Assembly: GCF_036321535.1 (NCBI RefSeq)
Contig: NC_087436.1
Location: 114,454,001 to 114,518,000, forward strand
Direction: 5' to 3'
DNA: 64,000 nucleotides
Source of the DNA: Camelus dromedarius
Lineage: Eukaryota
The position numbers were made by a program, and so were the translations under genes. Below the pieces are notes generated by a model. That model saw only the letters and a list, made by a program, of their open reading frames with translations, was not told where the DNA came from and did no database searches. Shown here piece after piece: positions 25,101 to 37,100 of the stretch (within the stretch, counting starts at the first letter, position 1; each line of letters opens with the position of its first letter).

Positions 25101-28100
25101 TAGAGGCGAGGAGAAAGACGAGTGCGCCATGATTTCCACAAGCATAGGGGAGGAGCTCGAAGTGCCCATTTCCAGCGCGACAACCATCCAGCGCTCCGAA
25201 AGCCAGCCGCCCGCCCCAGCGGTTGAAGAAAGAGCGAGAGGGCCGAGCCTGGTGCGCGCCGATGACTTCGAGGTGCCCATGCCCAGTGCACCCACAGAAG
25301 TCGAAAGTCCCCTGGCTTCAACCAGCAAGGAGGAGAAGGACGAATGCGCCCTCATTTCCACCAGCATCGCAGAAGAGTGTGAGGCGTCCGGCTCCGGGGC
25401 GGCCGTGCCGGGCCTGGAAGAGAAGGACGGGAGCGCTGTCATCTCCACGAGCTCCGTGGAGGACTGCGACGGCCCAGTGTCCAGTGCCGTCCCTCGGGAG
25501 GAGGTCTGTCCCTCGGTCACGCCGGCGGAGGAGATGAGTGACGCCGCCATGATTTCCACCAGCACCTCTGAAGGACGGGAAGCGGTCATGATGGGCGCCG
25601 CCCCCCGGGACGATCAGACGGCTCTCGCGGGGGTGGAGGACCCGGGCGATGCTGCCCTCATCTCCACCAGCACAGCTGAATGTGTGCTGGCCGCCACGGG
25701 TCCAGACAGGCACGAAGAGGCTCAGCCGACTGCAGGCCCCCCAGAAGGCAGAGAGGACCTGTCAGCCGCAAAGGTGCGCAAGTGTGAGGTCCCTAGGCCC
25801 AGCCTCATGCCTGAGCACCACTGTCAGTGTCCCGGGCCATCCACAGGAGGAAAAGAAGCGGGCCCCGTGGTGGCAGTGGGCACCTGGGAAGAGCACGACA
25901 GGGTGTCAGTCAGCATGTGCTTTGCCGGTGCTGTGTGTGCACCAGAGAAAGAGAGGCCTGGCACCAAAGAAAGGGAAGCCTGCTGTCCGGGCAAAGCTCA
26001 GAGAGAACATGAAAGCCCCGAGGCAGGGACCTCAGGGGACAGTACTCCGGCAAGCTGTTCAGCAGGGAGGGGCTTGGAGAGGAGTGCAGACCTGCCTGTC
26101 GACCTGCGAGGACCAGAGCAGGCCGCCGAGGACTCCCCCATCAGTGTTCGCCGAGCAGTAAATACCGGTGCTGGAAAAGCTGATGACACATCCTCTCTTC
26201 CTCCTGACCAGTGGGGCCCTGAGGGCAACTTGACAACCCCCACCACCGAATGTATTAATGGCCAAGAATCCGAAATTGCTCCTTCCCACACGGCAGTCCT
26301 TACAGCTACCTATGACGAAGCTCTCTTGGCTCCTAAGTGCGAACAGGACTTGACTTTCAAGAGTGATCCCAGTGGCGAAGGGACCGTTCCGGCATACCCT
26401 GAGCACACGGGAGATGGTAACAGCATGAAGAAGTCCTTCCAGGAAGAAGGAGGCCTTGAAGTCAGTGTTTCATCTGAAGAAAATTTGCATGACATAGGTG
26501 AGAATCTCTAACTGCAAGTTTTCACATTTTACAAAGATAATTGTATGTAGAGGACATTTAAGACCATCTTTTAAAAGATGGTTTTGGTTCTAGAATGTCA
26601 CAGAATAACTCTCATCCATCTTGAAGGTCAAGCTTCTCTAAAATTGTGTTTAAAACTTAAAGTTAGACCCACTTACTTACGTGCAATGAGTGTAGAGGCA
26701 GGAGGCTGAGAGCCAGGACGTCAGCTGGACAAGTGTCATCCGCAGGATGGTTGCAAGTTACTAAACCTATTTGACCTTCAGGGTTCTTATGAATCAAAAT
26801 GAAGATACTTTACAGCAGCCCTGTGAAATGGGTATTTATTTTAAATCATCCTCCTTTTTCAGATGAGGAAAAAAGGTTCAGAGAGTTTAAATAACTTGAA
26901 TAGTACTCAGATGCTACTTAAGAAAGGTTAGCTCTGAGCCTTGTATGACAGGGGGATAATAGTACAAAAACAAGCATCAGTCCAACCTCCATCTGACTTA
27001 CAGATTCAAAGGACGTGTCAGTGCCGGCGGGCTGGCTGCTTCTAATCAAGGGAGCACTTTTTTTTTTAATTGTAATTTATTGTTCACATAAATAAGTTAG
27101 TTTCCGGTTTAGAATTTGTTTGAAAAAAGAAAAGAAACGTGTTTCCTCCTGGTAGATTTCAGAGTGCTGGTCTTATTAGAAATAGTTGATAACTTTCAAA
27201 CGTACAAGCTCTGAGCTCGGTCATTCATGCCCTCCCACTTCAGACATGTTACACCAGGTACCACTGTGGACTCAAAAACAATAGTCCAGATGGGAAGACA
27301 GCTGTGAATTCTGCAATGTTTTGTACGTAATCAGTGACACTGCAATGTGACAGGCACTTAGAATAGGGTTAACCAGAGGATGCTGTGAGAACTCAGGGGT
27401 CACATGGGCTGGGCTTGAAGCAGTCAGGAGTGTTGACTTCTTTTCCACTCTAATTTTATAAATTGTAGTATCCTGGACTTCTAAACTGGAATGGGTCTTA
27501 GACATCATCTAAATGCAGCCTCCAGAGGCTGAGACCAGTAGATTTAGTCCTCTTGGTTATAGGAGACATTAAGAAATGTTCCAACAGTTGAAATAAGTAA
27601 CTTTAAAAATTTCCATTGAATTTAGCCTGAGATAAATTGGATGCTCTGGAAGTTTTTGTGACTCAACCATTGCTACTGCTACTTTATTGCTACGCCCTCC
27701 CTCCCTCCCCCACTTTCTTCCCCCTGAAGAAGCAGAACTAGAAGGGCTTTCAGCAAGGGAAAGCCTGCAGCCTCTTAGAGGAAGGAAGGCTTTTCTTTGA
27801 GGCTTGCATGTGGGCAGGTAAAGGAAGCTAGAAGCCGCGAGTCGCAGGACAGAGGAGAGAAGGAAAGAGAGGGCCAGGACGAGATAGATTTGAGTCTCCA
27901 CCAGAGAAAATGCCATTCTCTTTTTATCAACTTCACAGTTTTTCAACTGTATGTTCAGCTTTGCTGTATCAGCATGATGCATGTAAAGTGAGTCTGTTCA
28001 CAAATCACCTTTACTGAGAATATATCTCAGTGGCAGAGAATACTTTCTTTTAGGGACATACTTAATGCAAATCACTGTAGAAAAGCACTTGGAAATACGA

Positions 28101-31100
28101 TGACTTCACAAATAATATTGTGTCATTCTTTCTGGGTGGCCATCTTAAGAACAAGAAGCATTTTTATCCCCAATCCCCCCAAAAAAGAGTCAATGACCCC
28201 TTGCCTTTCATCTGAGAATTTTCATATATACTCCTTTTTATTGTTTTCTGCTGAGAGCGGAGGAAGAGGGAATGGCATGCTAGATACAACTTTCTGTTAC
28301 CTTTTGATTCAGGATGTATTTTGCTCACAGATTCTTAAATTGATCTAATGGTTTGAATTTCATTAGGCAGTGAAGAGTCTCCATCGAGTGACTTGAGAGG
28401 ACAGGGACCGAAAGCCAACTTGGAAACTGAGGTATGGCTGATGATTCGGTTGTGCTGAGCTGTCAGTGGTGTAAGTACCTTGTCCCCACACGCAGACACA
28501 TGTACACTTGAGCAGAACATAGCCCCTGTTCTCATTGTGCTTAAGATGTTTAAGTATTGTTACTGTCACATCCTGTGGGGAGAAGAGCTAAGACCCTCAG
28601 AATCTCAGATAATAGTGCCATCGTCGGTTCCATCTACTCAGCCAGAACCCCAGGAGTCACCCTGGTTTCTCCCTGTAACCCCACATTTAGTCCACGGCCA
28701 ATTCTGATTGTTTCCACTTTGAAAATATAGCTTGAATCCATCTGTTTCTGTTTCTCCAGCTTCCACCCTTGTCTAAGCCACCACTTCAGTAGTTTCTCTC
28801 TTGGACTTCCTTCCTCTCCAACCCCTCCTCCAGACCCCACACAGCCCTGAGAGTTATCTTGAAAAACATAAACTAGGTCATGTCATTGCTCTGCTTGAAC
28901 TTTACAGTGATTTCCCCTCATACTTAGAGTAAAATCTAGCGGTTTCTTTGGTTTGGGTTTTTTATCACAACCTATGTGCCTTACACAGCTTAGTCTCCAT
29001 GCCTCCTTTCCAGCCTGATCTCAGGGCACCCTCCGAGTATGCGAGACGAGATGGCAGTTGTGGGGGCTGTGAACAGCAGTGCACAGGAGGCTCGACTTGC
29101 CAGCAGGAGCAGTGGGCAGCAGGCGGGAGGGCTTGCAAGGAGGACATTTGAGTGGAATTCTGCAAGTAGAGTGGAAGTGTACCAGAGGAGACAGAAAAAA
29201 GAGTCTTTCAGGCAAGAATAGTGGGCTAGACATAGAAAGGGCAGAGGAGATAGTGAGTCCCAGGTACTGCAGTGGTTCAGGGTGAGCTGTGGAGAGACAA
29301 GCCCTGGGAGGAGTGGGGCCGGATCAGGAAGGGCCTTGTGTGCTGGACTCAGCTGGAGTTTACTTTAAAGCAATAGAAGAGTCACTGATGGATGAAATAT
29401 GAGATTAGTTTGATTTTCTTTTGTTTGTTTGTTTGTTTGTTTTTAAAGGTTGACATATATTCATGTTTAAATTTCACAGACTTGAAAGTAGACCTTTATA
29501 TTGTCACAGGATGCTGTGTATTTTGTTTAACGCACTCGAGATTAGTCGTCTTGTTTTAAAAACCTCAGTTAACTTACCTGTTATGATGCTTTGGACTTTT
29601 CAGATATTTGCACCATCAGAGGAAGAGAAAAATCATGAAATTCCAGCACCACCAGAAAGTCCAAGTGGGAGAAATCTGAGTGGAATAGGTAAATTCCTTT
29701 TGGCAGTTATTCACATAATTTTTTCCTTGCATGTGGTTTTACCTTTTATTGCAGCTTAAGATTGATCGCTAATTCATAAAACACTGACAGGCTATATGAA
29801 TTTACCTCTCGCTTTTTAACATAGAGTAGAGAAAACTCTGTACTATTTTCATTTTTAACGTATACTTTTTCTCATGAAGTGTCAAATCAGTATTGTGTCA
29901 ATCAGTATTATGAAAGGTAATTGTTTAAATCGGATCTCTCCAAATAATTGTGGCCCAAAAATTTTACTTTGAAGCAAACCCTTGTTCTGTCCCAAAACTG
30001 TGTCTCTGTGGCCCTTCCTGCCCTTCCAGAGGCTATCACAGCTCATTTCCAAAGGCCAATCTGCAGCCTGTGTGCCTGCTTCTTTTAACCTCATACTCTT
30101 GGCCCTTGGACTCTGGCTGTGGCTGAGTCACTGAAGCTATTCCCAGCTTGCATAGCCTCTTCTCAGTCTCTCTGTGCGGTAGCCTTCAGCATCCACTGAA
30201 GAGTTTTTAGGGGAGATCCTAGTATCAGACAGGATTAGGGCAGCAGTTCTCAAACACTTTGGTCTCAGGATTATGTTCTGCTTTACACATGACCTCGTCT
30301 AAATCTGATCACCCCCCAAAGGCCCTGACTTCAATACCATCACACTGGGGATTAGGGTTTCAATGTATGGGGGGAGGGGTGCAATATATTCAGTTTTGGG
30401 GGGGACATAAACATCCAGTCCATAGCATTAAAAAACCTGAAGAGTTCAGGCAAAGCGTGAGCCAGGAGCAAAGATACATCTTGCAAAGTCCAATTTCTTA
30501 TCTTCTCCCTTCGCCCCAGATGGAGGTAGTTGCTTTCTCATTCTTGGCCTCTGGGAAGATATCTTTGTGCTGTCATTCATGGCAGAAACCCTGAGACAGA
30601 CTTACTCTGATTCAGTTTAGGAACCTGAATATATTATATTGTTCTGTAATTTTTTTTAACTTAGCCATATTTTGTGGGCATTCTTCGTTGTCATTGTGTG
30701 CAGGTCCACTTCATTTGTTTTATTAGTCATCTGTAATGTACTTTCTCATTTGTTATTAGACCTTTTAGTGGTCTCTAGTTTTTGTAGTTTGTACTGTTAT
30801 AAATATGAACTTTCATATGCATGTAACCATGTATTTGCCCAGGTATTTTCTTAAAAGTGAACTGAGAGGTCCAAGCATATATAACTTTTGAATTTTCATG
30901 AGCACTTGCCACTCCCCCTAATTTGGAGCCAAATATTGAAGGATAAATAGGTGTGTATTGATGGACACGGCAAAGGGAAGGGCAGCGTGTAAGGAGTAGT
31001 GTGTCTAAATCCTCACCCAGGACTATCTGGGGCAGTCAGGGTGGGCACCTTCCAAGGCAAAACCATCTGAAAGGGCAGCCTTCAAGGTATGTGACCTCAA

Positions 31101-34100
31101 AAGCCTTAGAAACAGAAGTATCAGACAGTCCTGGAAGACCACCCCGAGACTGGGTAAGTCATTCATGCTGACATACTAAAGCCCTAACGATGACTGATCT
31201 ACCCAAAACTTGAACAGATGCAATAGTTAAAATTTGTATGTGTGTGTTACAGTACAGATAATTAACATCCCATTTGTTAATTGTCAAGGAGGGAACATTT
31301 TTAGATTCTGAAGTCCTTTGTTCCCATAGTAGTATTTCAGATTACTTTACTGTGTTTAGGTGCAGTTCAATAGGAGATCTACTTACGTAAAAGGAAGTTG
31401 TTTAAAAGAAAAATGTGTGTTCTGTCATCGTTGAGTAGAAACAGTAGACTTTGTACTTCAAGTTTCCAAAGAATATAAATAGACCATTGCTGTTTGAGGG
31501 GATAGGGCCTAACTTTTCATTTGATGGCATTATTTTTAAACGAACCAGTGTTACACTGTGGCATAACAGTTAACTGCAAAGGCTCCCTTCCACCTTCCTT
31601 TGAAGCTTCAGATCACCAACATGGTTAAGTCACTGTAGTGATTTAATGGATCACTGCCATTATTGTAAAAATGCAGGCAACGTTGTTTTTGTTGTTTTCC
31701 TGTAGTGTGACAGCACACGGACTGGAGAAAATAATTGGTCAGAATTTTATAATCCACAAAGGCAGCTAGGCCACTTAGTGACACAGTCCTGCTTAACTAC
31801 CCCAGAAGTCTCTAAATTAGTTTTCTGTGGTTCAGAAACAATATTCAGTTTCCTTATTTCTCATTTTTGAACAGCTGAAGTTCAGAGGGCGCCTTCGTTG
31901 GCGATTGAATCACTAAACGTAAGTCACCAACATGGCTTGGGTTTTGTTGTTATCGGTTGGGGTTATTTGGGTTTGGTGTTTTGAGAGTGGTTACGTTTAG
32001 GGGAGGGGCTCGCTGCACATTTCTTTAGGAGACAGGAGACCCTTGAAACGTGCTCTTCATTCGGGTTCAGCCTGCTGACACGTCCAGTTCCACGCTCAGC
32101 TATATGCACTGACCAGAAAAAGGGAGTCCGCCTGAATTCAGCAGCACTGTGTTCTAGTGGCTTTTTAGGCCAATGTCGTGAGCCAGAACTAGGAAACAGA
32201 AGGAGGCCCAGGCCCCTCAGACCAGGCAATTCCCCTGGTAATCCTAATGAAACCCTTCAAAGAACTAGAAACTTTCTATTTTTTTTATTACTATAATGGA
32301 ATTGCAAATTGGACCATGTCTTAAATTATCCTGGTACTATAGGCCAAACTGATTTTAAGAACTAAAGTTCACTTTATGTTTTTAGAAAGCTTTTTTGAAC
32401 ATTCTGAACTATAATTGCCATATATACAAATTTTTTCCCAGCTGCGGTTCTCACAATCCCTTTTGTGCTTGAAAGGTTTTTTTGTGGTTTTTTGATTGTT
32501 TTTCTTAATGCATAGAGGAGTGAGCATTTTGTAAAGTGCTTGCAAATCGCAGGCAGCCAGCACAGTCTCTCAGTGCCCCAGAGGACTCAGAAGAGCTCTG
32601 CTTGCTACCAGACACCCACAGCATCAGAGGGCTTACCCCACCTTGTTGAAACATCCCAGTTTGCATCTAGAAACACACACAGTCTGCTGAGTAAAAGGAA
32701 GAGAAAAGCTCCCCCGATTCTGTTCAGGTTTACCCCCACCCCGAAGTTAAAAGAATTCTAAATGTGGCTGAAACCTCCAGAGCCAGCGAAGTGTTGTGAA
32801 CTCCCCCAGCATGTGCTGGTCCTACCTTGTTTCCCCGAGTCCCCCAGCAGCTGCCTCTTCCTCGTCTAAGTATAACCATCCTTTCCAAATATGAAATTCT
32901 GTAATTAGGAATTAGAATGTTGTAGGATATTCTGAGACTTCCCCTCAGTTTAAAAAAAAAAAAAAGTATAATTGGTGAGATTTGCCAAAGGGAAGCCTTA
33001 TAACAGAATGACAGAATCCTTCAGTATTTTTAAGTAAAGAGAAAAGAAAATCATGAGAGGCCATTAGATGGGAAGAGAATTCATGCAATTCCAAAACTTT
33101 TTCTCTCCTATTTCTTGCTTTTTTGCCATAACCATTTTAAAGACAAGAATAAACAGTGTGATGTTAACCTGTTAAACTGAAACTTCTTCAGAAAGAAAAT
33201 ACCCTGTGCTCTTGAGCTTCTGGGTAAAATTTAAAAGAACATATATTCTAGTTCCTTTTAGCATTCCCACAAATGGCCAGGTTATGTAAATTACCTTCCT
33301 TTTTTTTTTTTTCCAACCTTTGAGATTTTTGTGAGATTATCTGTAAGTAACCTTTTCTATTGTGTGTATAGGTCGAAAATTCAGGCTCAAGAACAAATGA
33401 AATTCATAGCATATCTCGTAACAAGGAAGGTAAGTTACGAATTTCATAGGAGGACTTTTAATATTAATTACGATTACCTAGCAGATGTTCTCTCATTTAA
33501 TTCATATGATCTGGTGAAGTGAGTGTTGACGGCATCACATGTGCCAGTGAGGAAACTGGTTCATGGAGAGGTCCAGCGGCTCATTCAAGGCCACGTAGCT
33601 TGTACACGGTGCTTTGTGCTTAAATAGCTACCAGGACTTTGCCGGTAACCTCACAACGGATTTATCCAGCGTAAATACAAGGTGTATTGTCCCTGTGGTT
33701 TTTACTGTAGGACAAGTTCTGTGTTAAGTACTCACCTGTGTTGCCTCCAGACAGGCAGCCTCCATGTGGCGGCAGAGCAGGGAGTCACATTCGTGTGGCT
33801 CGTCACCCAGGAGCCGGCCCTCAGTCCACGCAGCCCTAGGGGCTGCCAACTCCAGAGCAATCATGCTCTTCTCAAACAAAATGTGGAATTATGTTGATTC
33901 CTTATTCCAAGAATGGAGAAAGAGGTCTTAATCCCCTACACGGTTATTTTTATAACGTATTATGTGCCATATTCAATCAAAGCAAAGCAGCAATAATTAT
34001 AAACTCCCATGTACCCATCACCTAGATTTGTCTTATCTTAAAATGACATAAAAATGTTAACATTTGCTTCATAACCTTTTTCTAAAATGTTACAGATATA

Positions 34101-37100
34101 GTTGAATGCATATTATACCCTCCACAATCCCCATCTTTTTTTGTCATATTGATATGTATAATTCTAGTTGCTTTATTTCAGTGGCTCTTTAGTGTCACAC
34201 TGTGTGACTATACCACAGTTACTGTTTTACTTCTTTTGTTAGTGGACATTTAGGGGTTTTGCAGCTTGTCCCAGCCACAGAGAGAGCCACCACGCACCAA
34301 TTTCCCAGTGTACATGCAGTGTCCCTGTAACTCTAGGTGTGGAGTTGCTGGTTTGATAGGCACCTCTTCAGCTTTCTGAATGGGCCGCATTGTCCCCAAG
34401 TGTGCGGCAGTTGTCATTCCACGCCTTCTCCCGTGTTTGGTGTTGTCAGACTTTTGGTGTTGAAGGCTTGTAATCTGATGATGTTGAAACAGGATCTTTC
34501 ATTTTCCCAATTTATTATTCAGAGATATCCAGTGATGGAAGAGACAACACGGAAGCCACAAGAGGTCATAGTGTTGGAGAAAATCCTACTGAAGAGGTGG
34601 GTTTTCATACGAAATTCAAATATTTCATGTTTTATGCGTGGTGTTTCCTTCTGTGCACAAAGGCTTTGCTTCTTTGTATGTATTAAAAATTGAGTGCATA
34701 TGTTAAGAGTTCTCCGCACTACTTTGACTTGTTTATGCTCTTGTAAGCTTTAGGTAGTTTGGCAGGTCCAGGATTATTTGGGCATGTCCATACTGGATCA
34801 CCAAGAATGTTTTTTCATATACTGCCTTTCATCAGTTCCTTAGTGGGCCACTGAGAGGAGAGAAGTGCGGCCAATCAACTTATGGCATGCCATCAGTTAT
34901 AAGACATAGCTTGATTTCAGAGATAGTAAATGAGAATTTTTTTAATATATTTTAGAGAATTATTTTAGCATATTTTAACATATTTTAGAAATAACCAGAA
35001 ATAGATTTGGATGTTTTGAATGGATTTACATTCAAATCTTAAAAAAAAAAAAAAAAAAGAAGACTCAAGCTTATAAAATGAATCTAATCCAGATCTAAAT
35101 GTCAGAAGTATTATTCTAGATTTTTAGAAATTTTATTCCAAAAGCTAGAAACTAATACAATATGTGCCCTCTTTTAGTAGGTTTGGATCCAAATTCTACT
35201 GCCTTTAATATAGTCACTCTTAATTCCAGGTTGAAGAGGAAGAAACGGATATGCCTAAAAGAAAAAGGAAGAAGCAGTACCTCTCTTCAGAAGATGAGCT
35301 AGGTACTGAGAGTATTTGTGTTTCTGTTTCAGACGTGTTTGAGAATCATATTATCTTTGTATCCAAAATGGTGGGCCAATAACATAGAAAATTCTTGAGG
35401 GTAGTAATTTTTTTACTTTATAACGCTTGAGTCTGGTTTGTTTCCAGACTTACTTGATACCTCCAGGGTCTTTCTGGACTTGACTGAGAAACTAGATTGT
35501 TCCTGCAGAATACCCAGCCCCTGGAAATCACAAAAACCCAGCCTCTCTCTGTAACCTGGGCCTGGGACCCAGCCAGATGTCACTGAGGTCCTTATTTTAT
35601 ATCATAAGCAGGTCCCCCCCACCCCGAACTAGTGAAGCACCGTAGTAACGTATATGTGATAATAGCCCTTCTGTGCTTCATACGGTTGTGGTCTCGGTCC
35701 GTAACGACGCCATTGCTGCAGTGATGGAAGTGTTCTCTGTTTGCCTTGTCTAGTAGTAGCCACCAGCCATGTGTGACTGTTGAGCATTTGAATGTGGTCA
35801 GTGAATGAAAGACTGACTTTTTAATTGTAGTCAACTTAATTTAAATTTCAGTGGCCACATGTGGCAGATGACTCCTGACAGTGCAGAGGCTTTTACACTT
35901 TGATTCCTGACACAAAGTGCGAACTTAATAAACACTTGTTAAATAATATGTGGGAAAGAATGGATAATTAAATGCTTTCATTTTTTGGTTAGGAGCATGT
36001 GATCATTTTATGATTACTGAGTTCATGCTGTAGGCAGATACTATTCATGGTACTTTATACACATTCCTAATAACTGTGTGTTAGGTATTGTTGCCATTTT
36101 ATAAATAAAGAAATTAAGATTCTGAGAAATTGTGACCATCTCCACCAAGTAAATCTGATTCCCAAGATCATGGTCTTAATCACTAAGCCTTGCCTCTTAG
36201 GTGATAATTCATTCAGGAAGCTAAAGGTATCTCTGGGAACTCTGTATGTCCTGAGCCCTCTCCATAGAGGCTCCTGCTTTGTTGGTGTCATTTGAGCATT
36301 TGTAGATTTTTTTGTTTTGTTTTTTATTTTTTCAGTTTGCTAGGGCCAAGGCCAGTGTTTGGTGCTCAAATCACATGACATTATAAGGACGTTTAGAATA
36401 ACTTTGGTTTCACTGCATCATAAGCCTAAGAAAGAAGTCTCAAATGGTCTTAAAATAGAACTGTGCATTTCATTTTTCATTTAGCTTTTATTCCTTTGTG
36501 ATTCTGTCCAAACTGATTTACAGATGATAATCCAGATGTCCTGGATTCCAAAATAGAAACGGCAGAGAGGCAATGTTCTGAAACTGAGCCACAAGATGCA
36601 AAGGTATTTTTTCCACATTTTAATTTTAAGTTTTAGAAGTAACCTAATTATATCACTGTGAATACTTACTTTATCTATATACATAGAGAGAGAGTTCGTT
36701 CTTGTATCCCTTTTACTTTATGTATCTCTAATAATAATCACTTTATTATAAAAGATGTATATTTTTTAGGCTCTCAAAGAAAAAAAAATGTTGCACTTTA
36801 TAATCTTAAGCTGCAAGATTGTATTAATGCCACATTTTAAATATGATCATTGCTTAGGTTTTTGTTCAGTCGTATTATTGACTTCTTTAGGTTTCTAGGT
36901 GCTTTCTTCCAAAATGTAGTATGCTTTATTACAGAAATACTTGTATCCGAACAGTGAAATTCAGTGATACATACTATTTAAAATTTTGAATATTCGTCCT
37001 CTTTACCATACCTCCAGCCCCTAAAATATAGGTAGTCCAACGATGGGCCCTCCTCAGTTATTACTTTTTTCTCCTATATTCTTTTTTCCCCCAGATTGGA

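Noticed and set aside
20419..26511. 2030-aa ORF as a standalone intronless gene
   Set aside because: It is exon 10 plus intronic read-through at both ends; splice sites at 20485 and 26497 fit the neighbouring exon phases.
32036..32237. Open stretch in intron 13 after a cag acceptor, as an extra coding exon
   Set aside because: Weak pyrimidine tract, the nearest good donor is out of phase with exon 14, and the translation is not BOD1L1-like.
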